A DNA stretch of 64,000 bases from an uncultured Gammaproteobacteria bacterium. Lineage in GTDB: Bacteria > Pseudomonadota > Gammaproteobacteria > Eutrophobiales > Eutrophobiaceae. Position numbers and translations under genes: made by a program. The DNA is taken from contig CALSRS010000003.1 in the NCBI GenBank assembly GCA_943788815.1, positions 2,588 to 66,587 on the forward strand, read 5' to 3'. Below, in pieces: positions 1 through 10,417 of the stretch. A model generated the notes under the pieces. The model worked only from the letters and a program-made list of their open reading frames with translations. It was not told the DNA's origin and made no database searches. Each line of letters starts with the position of its first letter. Position 1 is the stretch's first letter.

Positions 1-2
1 GG

Positions 3-824
3 ATGAACGATATTAAGTCAGGAAGGATACGCCTGATAGGTAAGCCAAGAGACCGTTATATTGAAGATCCTGTTCGAATGCTACGAGCGATCAGATTTGC
101 TGTAAAACTTGGGTTCAGGCTCGATGACGAGGCGGCAGATCCTTTACCTGAATTGGGTAATCTTTTAGATGAGATGCCTCCGGCACGCTTATTTGAAGAA
201 GTTGTAAAACTTTTCAACAGCGGTGTCGCACTTCAATCATTTGAACAATTACGTCATTACGATTTGTTTAGTCATTTGTTCCCTCAAACGGATGAATTAT
301 TAGCAGAACAAGAGGGAGGATATCCCCATACATTATTAATCCGAGCTTTGAAAAATTCTGATATTCGAATCGCCGAAAATAATCATATTACCCCGGGGTT
401 TATTGTTGCGGCCTTACTCTGGTTGCCTGTCTATGAACTGACCAGGGAGTATATGGAACAAGGTATGTCCGAGCTTGATGCAATTACATTAGCCGGTGAT
501 GTCGTTGTATCAAAACAGGTGCGCCGTACTTCCATGCCAAGGCGATTTTCCCAGATGGCCCGAGAGATTTGGCAGTTTCAGGTCAGGCTTAAGCGTACCC
601 GGGGCAATCGTCCTCAGCGTTTGATCAAGCATCCAAGATTTCGGGCTGCTTATGACTTTTTGTTATTGCGAACAGATTCAGGCGAAGTGGACCAGACACT
701 TTCCAATTGGTGGACAAACTTTATAAAAGAAAATGAAGATGCGGGGAATGTTGTTGCCACTCCCAAGCGAAAAACTGGACGTCGAGGTAACAGGCATCGG
801 CCACCAAGAAACAAGAATCAATGA
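3..824 (+). CDS. pcnB: poly(A) polymerase I, C-terminal part (5-prime end lies outside the window)
   Basis: The ORF is open to the window edge. The motif RYIEDPVRMLRAIRFAVKLGF is typical of the PcnB/CCA-adding nucleotidyltransferase family, and the C-terminal tail is Arg/Lys-rich. It shows the classic pcnB-folK adjacency with a 4-nt stop/start overlap. Confidence 0.85.
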   Translation: MNDIKSGRIRLIGKPRDRYIEDPVRMLRAIRFAVKLGFRLDDEAADPLPELGNLLDEMPPARLFEEVVKLFNSGVALQSFEQLRHYDLFSHLFPQTDELLAEQEGGYPHTLLIRALKNSDIRIAENNHITPGFIVAALLWLPVYELTREYMEQGMSELDAITLAGDVVVSKQVRRTSMPRRFSQMAREIWQFQVRLKRTRGNRPQRLIKHPRFRAAYDFLLLRTDSGEVDQTLSNWWTNFIKENEDAGNVVATPKRKTGRRGNRHRPPRNKNQ

Positions 825-1306
825 ATACCGTTTATCTGGGATTAGGCAGTAATCTTGACGATCCCGAAAATCACCTGAATTCGGCGCTGGAGCATATCGC
901 CAATATAGACCAGACTACTATTGCGAGCAGTTCTTCATTTTATAAAAGTCCACCATTGGGGCCTCAGGATCAGCCGGATTTCATCAATTGTGTTGTAAAA
1001 CTGGAAACCGACCTGACAGCGCATATACTATTGGAAGCCCTCCAGGAAATTGAAAATCAGCACGGGAGGAAAAGAGAGATTCGATGGGGACCAAGAACAC
1101 TAGATCTGGATATATTGTTATTTGGTGATATGACAATAAATGATGACAATTTAACAATACCGCATCCGCAATTGGCTTACCGGGATTTTGTGCTCGTCCC
1201 TTTAAATGAAATTGAATCAGACATAATTATTCCTGGCTTGGGATCTCTCTGTGGCTTAATCACCAGGCTTGAAACACATTCCCTTCAACGGATAGAAGTA
1301 CATTGA
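821..1306 (+). CDS. folK: 2-amino-4-hydroxy-6-hydroxymethyldihydropteridine pyrophosphokinase (HPPK)
   Basis: The N-terminus VYLGLGSNLDDP and the motifs RWGPRTLDLDILL and IPHP are typical of HPPK. Length is 161 aa and the gene follows pcnB. Confidence 0.9.
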   Translation: MNTVYLGLGSNLDDPENHLNSALEHIANIDQTTIASSSSFYKSPPLGPQDQPDFINCVVKLETDLTAHILLEALQEIENQHGRKREIRWGPRTLDLDILLFGDMTINDDNLTIPHPQLAYRDFVLVPLNEIESDIIIPGLGSLCGLITRLETHSLQRIEVH

Positions 1307-1947
1307 GCAATTTTAGTCCAGAATATATTGTTGTCGAAGGTCCTATCGGTGTTGGAAAGACAACTCTTGCAAAGCGCTTGTCTGAAACGCTAGGGACAGA
1401 TTTATTACTCGAAGGCGCAATGGAAAACCCATTTTTACCCAGGTTCTATGAAGATCCCAGGTCCGCCGCTTTGCCAACACAGTTACATTTTTTGTTTCAA
1501 CGCATAAAACAAATCGAAGTTCTAAGACAAACAGATATGTTTAAACCGGCGATGGTGGCTGATTTTCTGATTCAAAAAGATAGTCTATTCGCAAAGGTTA
1601 CCCTGGATGAAAATGAGCTGGATCTTTATTATCAGGTTTATGACAAGTTGGCCGTTGAAGTTCCTGCTCCGGATCTTGTGATATATCTCCAGGCGAGTAC
1701 AGATGATTTAATCAAACGGGTGCATGAAAGAGGAACCAGCTTTGAAAGAAACATCAAGGAAGATTATCTAAAGGCAGTCTCTGATGCCTATATCAATTTT
1801 TTTTATAATTATGACCAATCCCCATTACTCATTGTGAATACCGCTGATTTTAATCTTGCAAATGTTGATCAGAACTATGAATTCTTGTTGAAATATATTC
1901 AGGAATTGAGACCTGGCCGCCACTACTTTAATCCTCAAAATTTATGA
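1303..1947 (+). CDS. deoxynucleoside kinase family protein
   Basis: It has the P-loop IVVEGPIGVGKTTLAKRL and matches the dNK family in length (214 aa). Its start overlaps the folK stop. Confidence 0.75.
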   Translation: MSNFSPEYIVVEGPIGVGKTTLAKRLSETLGTDLLLEGAMENPFLPRFYEDPRSAALPTQLHFLFQRIKQIEVLRQTDMFKPAMVADFLIQKDSLFAKVTLDENELDLYYQVYDKLAVEVPAPDLVIYLQASTDDLIKRVHERGTSFERNIKEDYLKAVSDAYINFFYNYDQSPLLIVNTADFNLANVDQNYEFLLKYIQELRPGRHYFNPQNL

Positions 1948-2741
1948 AAAACCCTGATGCCATAACCCGGCTTGCTGATATGAAACAAAGCGGGGAGAAG
2001 ATAGCCTGTCTTACCGCCTATGACGCGAGCTTCGCTCGTTTGCTTGAAACGGCGGGCATTGATGTGGTCCTTGTTGGCGATTCTCTGGGTATGGTTCTGC
2101 AAGGTCAGGCTGACACGCTAAGCGTCTCCATGGATGACATGATATATCACACGAAGTTGGTGAGAGCAGGGATGCAACACTCATTACTCGCAGCAGACAT
2201 GCCTGTTAATAGTTATCTGGATCCAGACATGACGGTGAAAAATGCAAACCGTTTGTTGGAGGAAGGTGGGGCGGAGATGGTCAAGCTGGAAGGTGGTAGG
2301 GATATCATTGAACAGGTCAAGGCGCTTCGTGACGCGGATATTGCTGTCTGCGGACATCTAGGACTGCAACCACAATCCGTTAAAAAATACGGTGGTTATA
2401 AAGTACAAGGTAGAGAACAGAAAGATTCAGAAAGAATCCTTGAAGATGCCATTGCCCTGGAAGAAGCAGGGGTGAAAATGATCGTCCTGGAATGTATTCC
2501 AATGCAACTTGCGGATGAAATTACGCGGTCAATTTCCATACCCACAATTGGCATTGGTGCCGGAGTTAATTGTGATGGGCAAATACTTGTTATCTACGAT
2601 GTGATTGGCTTGTCGGGATATATTCCCAAAATGGCGAATAATTTCCTGAGCAATTCAGGTGATATAAATTCTGCAGTAAAGGACTATATCCAGGCGGTCA
2701 AATCCCAAACCTTTCCTACTAAAGCACAGAGTTTTGAGTAA
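1944..2741 (+). CDS. panB: 3-methyl-2-oxobutanoate hydroxymethyltransferase
   Basis: Motifs LTAYDASFA, VGDSLGMV and GHLGL are present. Length is 265 aa and panC follows. Confidence 0.9.
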   Translation: MKNPDAITRLADMKQSGEKIACLTAYDASFARLLETAGIDVVLVGDSLGMVLQGQADTLSVSMDDMIYHTKLVRAGMQHSLLAADMPVNSYLDPDMTVKNANRLLEEGGAEMVKLEGGRDIIEQVKALRDADIAVCGHLGLQPQSVKKYGGYKVQGREQKDSERILEDAIALEEAGVKMIVLECIPMQLADEITRSISIPTIGIGAGVNCDGQILVIYDVIGLSGYIPKMANNFLSNSGDINSAVKDYIQAVKSQTFPTKAQSFE

Positions 2742-2800
2742 TTTCTGACGTAGCAATTATCGTAAAGTATAATTGCTACTCTTTATTAACGGATAGAGCT

Positions 2801-3652
2801 ATGGAATCAGTAAGGGACCTGACTGCGTTACGCAGTGTTATCAAAGATTGGGAAAAAAATGGACACACCATTGCCTTCGTCCCCACAATGGGAAACCTGC
2901 ATGATGGTCATTTATCATTACTGGAGGAAGCCCGCAAAATTAGTGATCGCACTGTCGTTAGCATATTTGTAAATCCCATTCAGTTTGGTAAGGGTGAAGA
3001 TTATGCAACCTATCCCAGTACACTGGAATCAGACAAGGACAAGTTGAAATCGGCAGGCCTGGATCTGTTATTCACACCTAATCTTAAAGAACTCTATCCC
3101 GGGGGCGTGGATGTTGATACCAGAGTGAATGTTCCTGAACTTTCTTCCATCCTGTGCGGCAAATCCCGACCCGATCATTTCTCTGGTGTAATCACCGTCG
3201 TTACCAAACTCTTAATAAATGTCACACCTGATTTTGCGTTATTTGGTGAAAAAGATTATCAGCAATTAATAATTATTCGTCGTATGGCGTCTGATCTTTG
3301 CATACCCACCGAAATTATTGGAATGCCAATAATTCGAGAAAAAGACGGCCTTGCAATGAGTTCACGAAACTCATATTTATCTGAAGATGAGCGGAAAATT
3401 GCGCCAGCTATATACCAGGTCTTGTTATGCGCAGCTGATAAGTTAACAAAAGGAAACGTCAGATTTGAACAAGTCGAAACTGAAGGTTATGCAGAACTGG
3501 AAAGTGCTGGATTAAAACCTGAATATTTTAGTATCCGCCGAACAAAGGATCTGGGTGAGGTAAATAGTAATGATAAAAATATCTCCGTACTGGCAGCAGC
3601 CTGGTTAGGTTCGGCACGGCTGATTGATAATATTAAAGTTGTTATTGAATAA
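2801..3652 (+). CDS. panC: pantoate-beta-alanine ligase
   Basis: The HIGH-like motif FVPTMGNLHDGHLSLL and the motifs FGEKDYQQ and SSRN are present. Length is 283 aa. Confidence 0.9.
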   Translation: MESVRDLTALRSVIKDWEKNGHTIAFVPTMGNLHDGHLSLLEEARKISDRTVVSIFVNPIQFGKGEDYATYPSTLESDKDKLKSAGLDLLFTPNLKELYPGGVDVDTRVNVPELSSILCGKSRPDHFSGVITVVTKLLINVTPDFALFGEKDYQQLIIIRRMASDLCIPTEIIGMPIIREKDGLAMSSRNSYLSEDERKIAPAIYQVLLCAADKLTKGNVRFEQVETEGYAELESAGLKPEYFSIRRTKDLGEVNSNDKNISVLAAAWLGSARLIDNIKVVIE

Positions 3653-3676
3653 TAATTGCACACATCAGGAGTTGAA

Positions 3677-4027
3677 ATGAACTTCGAAGAAATGTCTGAT
3701 GCGGAAATTCTTAATATCGCAAATCCTATAATGGATAACTTGATGGAGGCATCAACAGATATTGACCACGAAAGGCATGTGAAAGATTTTACAGATAGAA
3801 TGAAGTCCATCGTTACGAAAGAACATCTTCAAAAAGTATGCGAAAAATATCAATCAGAAAATGGTTTTTTCTCTGGGCGTGACCCAGTAGCTGTATTTAA
3901 GCGTCCGAATTCAGCAGTAGTCGTGTGGAAGCAATTTTTCACAAAGGCTAAAGGAGAGTATGTCGCTGAAATAACTTTGGTTTATAAAAATGGTAAGTAT
4001 CTTATTGATCATGCAATGGTATTCTAA
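3677..4027 (+). CDS. hypothetical protein
   Basis: I placed the start at the ATG preceded by AGGAG (tcaggagttgaaATG) rather than at the track TTG at 3656. I recognised no family. Confidence 0.4.
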   Translation: MNFEEMSDAEILNIANPIMDNLMEASTDIDHERHVKDFTDRMKSIVTKEHLQKVCEKYQSENGFFSGRDPVAVFKRPNSAVVVWKQFFTKAKGEYVAEITLVYKNGKYLIDHAMVF

Positions 4028-4069
4028 AAGTGAAAAAAATTCCCATAGAACCAGAGGTTAAATGGCTAC

Positions 4070-4822
4070 ATGACTGAAAACGTAAATCCAACAGCAGTAT
4101 TAATTATTATTGGAAATGAAATTCTTTCCGGTCGCACCTGCGATGCTAATTTGTCATTTATTGGCCAACGATGTGAAGCGCTGGGTATTGATTTAATAGA
4201 AGGGCGGATTATTCAGGATATTGAAACTACTATCATTGATATCGTGAATGATTATCGTACTCGTGTGGATTATGTTTTCACCACGGGAGGGATAGGCCCA
4301 ACCCATGACGATATTACTTCAGCATCCATTGCTAAGGCGTTTGGTGTGGAATTGGAACGTAATGCCGAGGCGGTGGAAGTATTGGAACGGCATTATCCTT
4401 CAGGAAAATTAAATGAAGCACGATTAAAGATGGCTGATGTTCCTGTGGGGTCCAGGCTTATAGATAATCCAGTCAGTAGTGCGCCTGGCTTTCAGATTGA
4501 AAATGTTTATGTTCTTCCTGGGGTTCCCTCAATCATGCAGGCCATGTTCGATGGTATGACCGATAGATTAACAGGTGGGTTGCCGATATTAACCGAGTCT
4601 GTAAAGACAGATCTTACTGAAGGGGGAATAGCTGCAGAGCTCTCTAAAGTACAGGCTGTATACGAAGATGTCAGTATCGGTAGTTATCCTTTTTTTAAGG
4701 CTGGGTTTTTGGGTGTAAACCTGATTCTGCGTTCTACAGATAATGAACGATTACGCGAAGCGACAGAGAAAGTTAAAGACATGATCCTGGGAATGGAAGG
4801 ACAAATTTTTAAATCAAAATAA
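4070..4822 (+). CDS. CinA-like / MoCF-biosynthesis (molybdopterin-binding) domain protein
   Basis: The motif TTGGIGPTHDDIT and the N-terminal IIGNEILSGRT pattern are typical of the MoaB/MogA/CinA N-terminal domain. Confidence 0.7.
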   Translation: MTENVNPTAVLIIIGNEILSGRTCDANLSFIGQRCEALGIDLIEGRIIQDIETTIIDIVNDYRTRVDYVFTTGGIGPTHDDITSASIAKAFGVELERNAEAVEVLERHYPSGKLNEARLKMADVPVGSRLIDNPVSSAPGFQIENVYVLPGVPSIMQAMFDGMTDRLTGGLPILTESVKTDLTEGGIAAELSKVQAVYEDVSIGSYPFFKAGFLGVNLILRSTDNERLREATEKVKDMILGMEGQIFKSK

Positions 4823-4939
4823 TAATTATTGCCACAGCATTAAAAATTTTTTCTTTGAAATCTCTGTTTTAGCTAATGAAATCTATTGTTTAGTATGTAA
4901 TTAAAATAATTACCCAAGCGCTAGTGCATAAATATTTGG

Positions 4940-5006
4940 ATTCTGGCTTTAGCTCGGGCTCCTGCTTCGCTCTATCGCATACATTCATGTATGCGTTCGC
5001 CAGAAT
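4940..5006. repeat. nested-hairpin intergenic element
   Basis: The outer 8-bp stem pairs ATTCTGGC (4940-4947) with GCCAGAAT (4999-5006). The inner 9-bp stem pairs CGCATACAT (4976-4984) with ATGTATGCG (4987-4995). Confidence 0.5.
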
Positions 5007-5175
5007 GATGATGTTGTCCTTTTTTTCATTCCGATAAAATATTTTATAGAATGAAATTGAAGATGCGTGATCTTTGTAGCTTATTTTTACTAGACTCTCA
5101 CTTTTACTGGTTGTGCACCTGCATTATCAGTACGACCATACATGGTGGTTGAGCAGAAATGACGGGATATATTAT

Positions 5176-5622
5176 TTACCCTTTACGTTTTATCATCATG
5201 ACACTATCTATAAGACTCAGGACTACGTCGCCGTCTTGATTGGTCAATATAATTTCAAACTTGATGATACCCCTGTCCGGTTTTGATTTCGATTCAATTT
5301 TTTCAATATAACGAAACGAACCAGCAATTTTATCACCAGCATAGACAGGCCTTATAAATCGCACTTCGTCCCAACCGGCGGCGCCAATAATACTATCACA
5401 CCATGCAACCTGGTTTACAAAAAACTGTTTAATACAGAGTGTAAATTGCCCTGATGCGATTATCCCTTTATGTCCCAGTGAGCGAGCGGCTTCAGCGTTC
5501 ACATGAATAGGCAGATCGTCCCATTTCTTATTGAATGCCAACATCTCAACATGGTCTACAGTATAGGGATCAAAAGTTACTGTCTCCCCTGTGACAATAT
5601 CCTCAAAATATTGTGGCTTCAT
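5176..5622 (-). CDS. MaoC-like (hotdog-fold) enoyl-CoA hydratase/dehydratase
   Basis: The 148-aa protein has a hotdog-type pattern. Its start overlaps the stop of the upstream CoA ligase by 4 nt, so the two are likely co-transcribed. Confidence 0.6.
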   Translation of the reverse strand: MKPQYFEDIVTGETVTFDPYTVDHVEMLAFNKKWDDLPIHVNAEAARSLGHKGIIASGQFTLCIKQFFVNQVAWCDSIIGAAGWDEVRFIRPVYAGDKIAGSFRYIEKIESKSKPDRGIIKFEIILTNQDGDVVLSLIDSVMMIKRKG

Positions 5623-7205
5623 TGGTGTTGCTGATGTCTTAGTTTATAGCGTTGAATTTTTCCTGTAGCAGTTTTGGGTAATGAGTCTACAAATTCTACC
5701 CACCTGGGATACTTGTGTTTGGAAATGTTCTGTTTAACGTATTGTTTTATTTCGTAAGCCAGCTTTTCATTCGCTTGTATATTGTCCCTTAGCACGACAT
5801 AGGCCATGGGTTTTAGTAAGTTGTTGTCATCTTCTTTAGCAACGACAGCGGCTTCGAGTACATGGGGATGTTGGCTAATAGCAGATTCCACTTCAAAAGG
5901 TGATACCCATTGACCACTGACTTTGAACATGTCGTCATTACGACCTGAATAAACATAAAAACCTTTTTCGTTTTGTATATATTTATCACCACTGTGTAAC
6001 CAGCCGTCCTGAAATACATTGCGTGTTTTTTCCGGGAGTTGCCAATAGCCAGATGCGACACTGGGCCCTTTTACCAGAAGTTCACCTATTTCACCTGGAC
6101 TCACTAATGCTCCTTTTTCATCTACCAGTTTTATTTCGTAACCCGGTACAGGTATACCAGTCGTTCCATAGTAATCGTCATTGCTATCAGCACTGAGATA
6201 GATATGTAACATCTCCGTTGAACCAATCCCGTCCAGGATGGAAACATTAAAATTAGTTTCCCATTCTCGGCCGATATGATCAGGTAGTGCTTCACCTGCA
6301 GAAACACATAGCCTTAATCTGGTTGGAACAGGTCCATCAATAGAGGCAAGTATGGCGGCATATAAACCTGGCACACCGTAATAGATAGTGGGCTTTTTAT
6401 TTTGAATGATGTCCATCACGGATATTGGTGTGGGACGTGCGGCAGACAAGATAGCAGTGGCGCCGATATACAGTGGAAATGTCATGGCATTTCCAAGGCC
6501 ATAGGCAAAAAAGAGCTTTGCTGCGGAGTAGACTGTATCGTCCTCGCGGATCCCCAGGACACCTTTACCGTAAAGTTTTGCGGTGTGATACAGGTTTTCA
6601 TGGCGATGCATCACGCCTTTGGGATTACCGGTAGAACCGGATGAATATAACCAAAAAGCGATATCATCAGAATATGAATCTGCTGGTTTTAGCTCAGGAA
6701 ATGATTCATGAAGTAAAGAGGATAACAGCGGGAGTTTATAGTCTTGCTCTCCACTAATGATGATATGTTGTAGTTCAGGAATATTACTAATGACTGGTTC
6801 AATTACCGGATAGAGAGTCTCGCTAACGATTAAGATAGTTGCACCACTATCATTTAAAATAAATTCATATTCGGCCGTGGTAAGCAGGGTATTAAGTGGG
6901 ACGGGGATAACTCCGGCTTTTATGGCACCCCAGAATACTGAAGGGAATTCGATGGAATCGAGCATGACCATTGCAACGCGGTCATTTTTATCGAGCCCCA
7001 GTTTAAGCAGGGCATTCCCCAATTGATTGACCCGACTAAGTAATTCCCCGTATGTATATGTGCCAGCATCATCAATAATGGCGGTTTTATTTTCACGGTC
7101 TTCATTAATATGCCGATCAATAAAATAGGAAGCTGCATTAAATACGCAGGGAAAATCAGGAACTGAATCCGCATTCTGCATCTCAGCCTCTGTCTTTTCC
7201 CCCAT
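5619..7205 (-). CDS. benzoate-CoA ligase (AMP-dependent synthetase/ligase)
   Basis: It carries the AMP-binding motif YSSGSTGNPKGVMH plus GDKY and GKIQR motifs. Length is 528 aa. It lies immediately downstream of boxC-boxB. Confidence 0.7.
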   Translation of the reverse strand: MGEKTEAEMQNADSVPDFPCVFNAASYFIDRHINEDRENKTAIIDDAGTYTYGELLSRVNQLGNALLKLGLDKNDRVAMVMLDSIEFPSVFWGAIKAGVIPVPLNTLLTTAEYEFILNDSGATILIVSETLYPVIEPVISNIPELQHIIISGEQDYKLPLLSSLLHESFPELKPADSYSDDIAFWLYSSGSTGNPKGVMHRHENLYHTAKLYGKGVLGIREDDTVYSAAKLFFAYGLGNAMTFPLYIGATAILSAARPTPISVMDIIQNKKPTIYYGVPGLYAAILASIDGPVPTRLRLCVSAGEALPDHIGREWETNFNVSILDGIGSTEMLHIYLSADSNDDYYGTTGIPVPGYEIKLVDEKGALVSPGEIGELLVKGPSVASGYWQLPEKTRNVFQDGWLHSGDKYIQNEKGFYVYSGRNDDMFKVSGQWVSPFEVESAISQHPHVLEAAVVAKEDDNNLLKPMAYVVLRDNIQANEKLAYEIKQYVKQNISKHKYPRWVEFVDSLPKTATGKIQRYKLRHQQHQ

Positions 7206-7222
7206 ATTCTTAATCTTTAATA

Positions 7223-8671
7223 TCAGGCGGCTAGTTTGACGTATTCGTAATCACCGGGCTGTCCGTTAATACCCGCTTTAGGTGGGGCAACCCAGGATGC
7301 AAACTTTCCAGGTTCGGTCACGTTAGTCATTAGTGAAAGGATATATTCGAGATCTTCATTATCAGGCAACCAATCATGCTGTTGGGCATTCCATGTTGAA
7401 GCCTCGATGATATCTCCCTTTGGCGTAACAGATAATTCTGAATAATCACCAATCTTGCGATGGAAGGCCTTGTGCGGCAAGTCTAATGTAAAGTTAATCC
7501 CAAAACTCTTGATTACCTTGTTCCAGGTTGCTACCACTTGCACACAGTCGTTGATGTAATCATCACAAAGCCTTGCGTTGACAGCGTTTATGGCAGGTTC
7601 ATCAGATAGTATAAATTTATTGTTTACATTTTTTAGGATAGGGTAAGTATCATTAAGCAATTGATGATCATCATCAATCATGGTCTCATGAAATCGGCCC
7701 TTGATACTTGAGTTGAATGCATTGGCTGCATTGGTTGAGATATCAGAGCCAAACAAGTCCAAAGTAACAGAAACATGAAAATTCATTTTTTTCTGTAAGG
7801 TAGGTAAATCCACAACACCATATTTTCGAACATCGTTAATGGCAAAAGGATCAGAAATATTATGTTGTTTCATGATCTCACATGTCTTTTGTATCACTCT
7901 TTCCACACCGGTGCGGCCGACAAACATATGATGGCCTTCTTCTGTCAGCATGAATCGAGTGGTTCTAGCCAAGGGATCAAACCCTGAATTGGCAAGGGCT
8001 TCAAGTTGCATTTTGCCGTCACGGTCTGTGAAGGTAGTGAACATATAAAATGACAACCAGTCTGGTGTGTCTTCATTGAATGCGCCGAGTATTCTTGGTT
8101 TGTCTACGTTGCCTGAGCGACGTTGCAGTAATAACTCGGCCTCTTCTCGTCCATCTCTGCCGAAATATTTGTGCAGCAGATAAACCATCGCCCAAAGGTG
8201 TCGACCTTCTTCTACGTTCACCTGGAAGAGGTTACGCATATCGTAAAGTGATGGTGCTGTATTTCCCAAAAAGCGTTGCTGTTCAACTGATGCGGGTTCT
8301 GTATCACCCTGTATTACGATCAGTCTTCGTAGCATAGCGCGGTATTCCCCTGGTACCTCTTGCCAGGCGGGTTCGCCTTTATGTTGACCAAATGGGATTT
8401 TGCGGCCTTCTTCTTTGGGTGATAGCAGGATACCCCAGCGGTAGTCAGGCATTTTAACGTAACCAAATTTTGCCCAGCCTTCGGGGTCCACGCCAACGGC
8501 AGTACGTAAATAGACTTCAGAATTTTGAAATCCATTAGGGCCCATATCCATCCACCACTTGATAAAATTTGGGTGCCATTTTTCCAGTGCGCGCTGTAAT
8601 GATCTATCCGATGATAGATCTACGTTATTTGGAATAAGAGAATCGTAATCAACCTTATCAAATGTGCTCAT
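7223..8671 (-). CDS. boxB: benzoyl-CoA 2,3-epoxidase (oxygenase component), diiron protein BoxB
   Basis: By recall it shows strong colinear similarity to BoxB: PNNV..L..DRSLQRALEKW.PNF..WW.DMGP, GDTEPASVEQQR, NVEEGRHLWAMVYLLHKYFGRDGREEAE and LTEEGHHMFVG. Length is 482 aa. Confidence 0.85.
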   Translation of the reverse strand: MSTFDKVDYDSLIPNNVDLSSDRSLQRALEKWHPNFIKWWMDMGPNGFQNSEVYLRTAVGVDPEGWAKFGYVKMPDYRWGILLSPKEEGRKIPFGQHKGEPAWQEVPGEYRAMLRRLIVIQGDTEPASVEQQRFLGNTAPSLYDMRNLFQVNVEEGRHLWAMVYLLHKYFGRDGREEAELLLQRRSGNVDKPRILGAFNEDTPDWLSFYMFTTFTDRDGKMQLEALANSGFDPLARTTRFMLTEEGHHMFVGRTGVERVIQKTCEIMKQHNISDPFAINDVRKYGVVDLPTLQKKMNFHVSVTLDLFGSDISTNAANAFNSSIKGRFHETMIDDDHQLLNDTYPILKNVNNKFILSDEPAINAVNARLCDDYINDCVQVVATWNKVIKSFGINFTLDLPHKAFHRKIGDYSELSVTPKGDIIEASTWNAQQHDWLPDNEDLEYILSLMTNVTEPGKFASWVAPPKAGINGQPGDYEYVKLAA

Positions 8672-8673
8672 AT

Positions 8674-10365
8674 TTATACCCTCTTGTTGTCGTATTCAGG
8701 GCGTGACCCTGTACCGTATTTTTTTAAGGCGCCTTTATCACTTACTGCATTGGGTCGCTGGAAAATCCAGTTTTGCCAGGCAGTTAATCTGCCAAATATT
8801 TTTGTCTCCAGGGTCTCAGGACCTGCGAACCTTAAATTGGCTTCCATACCCGTAAGAGCATCAGGAGAGTAACTGGCGCGCTCTTCATCGAGGATGCGGA
8901 TTTCGTCTTCCCAATCCAGATCATCTGGAATGAAGGTCACCAGGCCTGCATTCATCGCCATTTGCGCGTCTAGATCATTACCAATGAGTTGTTTTGCATC
9001 TTGAAGTGATTCCGGCTCCCCAAGGAAACGGGTTTGTAGCCGGGTAAGTCCATTGGACATAGGGAAAGGAGCAAAATTTGATTCAGTCAGACAGATCGTG
9101 GGTGCGGGAATATCTATACCCTCTAATTGTCCTTCCAGCATATAAGTTCTATCGGTTGCAAACAAAAGTTCTGCCAGAAATCCGGTAAAACAACTTCCCT
9201 GTTCCACCAGTGCAAACCCTGTTCTGGATGTTAGATCGATTCGTTTTAAGGTGCGTTTCCAATAAAGCAGGATTTCATTAATTAACCAGTTGTCTCGGTG
9301 TTGAAGAAGAAATTGGTCATATGATTTTACGATTTCATGTTTACCGGATGATTTGTAATTAATCGTACCTATGCTTGTCTCATTAAAACGTAAATGTAAG
9401 ATGGCATCATCGAGTTCTCTGACCATAGCCAGCGGCCAGAATGTATCACCCAGGTTTAGAACCTCATCCAGGCTAACCGGACAGGGTGTATTGGGAGTGT
9501 TTATCGTGAGTGTGGCATTTTTAAGTTTACGGTCAATTTGTAATGTTACGTATTGATATGTGAGTCCATTGTCCGTCTCGGTGCGTTCTATCGGGTTTAA
9601 TAATATTCCTTTTGCATTATCTGGACGTGTTGACGCAGCACCCAGTTCCTCAGCTTTTTCCTTAATGCGCTCTTCAAATTTTGACCGGGGAACGATTTCA
9701 TCTATCAAGCGCCAGTCCACAGCGCGTTGTCCTTTGATACCTTCTTCGAGGGTACAGAAAATATCGGCGTGGTCCCGGCGCACCTTTCGTTTATCTACCA
9801 CTCTGGTCAGGCCGCCAGTACCCGGCAAGACGGCAAGCAGAGGGACTTCCGGTAAAGACACAGCAGCATTACCGTCATCCATTAGCATAATGTAATCGTT
9901 TGCAAGGGCTAGCTCGTATCCTCCTCCGGCAGCAACGCCATTAATGACACACAGGTACTTCTGTCCTGAATACTGGCTAGCATCTTCTATTGAGTTTCTT
10001 GTCTCATTAGTAAATTTACAGAAATTGACCTTATGACCATGTGAGGCCGTACTCAACATGCGAATATTTGCCCCAGCACAGAAAATATTGTCTTTGCCTG
10101 AGCGTAATACAACCGTCTTTACTTCAGGGTGTTCGAAGCGCAGTCGTTGAATTGCATCATAAAGTTCAATATCAACGCCAATATCATAAGAATTCAGCTT
10201 CAGCTGGTAGCCTTCAAATGCTGTCTGATCCTCAGCAACATTCATGATTAACTCTGCAACTGGCCCATCACAATGTATTTTCCAGTGATGGTAGGACTCA
10301 GGCTGGGTGCGAAAATCCAGGGTGATATCGGCAGATGGATGTGTATTATTAACCGGATTAAGCAT
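8674..10365 (-). CDS. boxC: 2,3-epoxybenzoyl-CoA dihydrolase (ring-cleaving crotonase-family enzyme) BoxC
   Basis: The 563-aa protein has a crotonase-fold N-terminal half (FCAGANI, GGGYELALA). Its length and its position directly upstream of boxB match BoxC. Confidence 0.8.
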   Translation of the reverse strand: MLNPVNNTHPSADITLDFRTQPESYHHWKIHCDGPVAELIMNVAEDQTAFEGYQLKLNSYDIGVDIELYDAIQRLRFEHPEVKTVVLRSGKDNIFCAGANIRMLSTASHGHKVNFCKFTNETRNSIEDASQYSGQKYLCVINGVAAGGGYELALANDYIMLMDDGNAAVSLPEVPLLAVLPGTGGLTRVVDKRKVRRDHADIFCTLEEGIKGQRAVDWRLIDEIVPRSKFEERIKEKAEELGAASTRPDNAKGILLNPIERTETDNGLTYQYVTLQIDRKLKNATLTINTPNTPCPVSLDEVLNLGDTFWPLAMVRELDDAILHLRFNETSIGTINYKSSGKHEIVKSYDQFLLQHRDNWLINEILLYWKRTLKRIDLTSRTGFALVEQGSCFTGFLAELLFATDRTYMLEGQLEGIDIPAPTICLTESNFAPFPMSNGLTRLQTRFLGEPESLQDAKQLIGNDLDAQMAMNAGLVTFIPDDLDWEDEIRILDEERASYSPDALTGMEANLRFAGPETLETKIFGRLTAWQNWIFQRPNAVSDKGALKKYGTGSRPEYDNKRV

Positions 10366-10417
10366 TATATTGCATGTTTTACCTTAATTGTTGTAAAATT
10401 ATGCATAATAATCCGCG
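10366..10417. promoter_or_regulatory. divergent boxC / boxR control region with two TGCA motifs (candidate BoxR/BzdR operator)
   Basis: The 52-bp spacer reads tatatTGCATgttttaccttaattgttgtaaaattaTGCAtaat. BzdR/BoxR operators are described as TGCA-containing repeats. The spacer is very short, so the regulator may start at a downstream Met. Confidence 0.3.
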
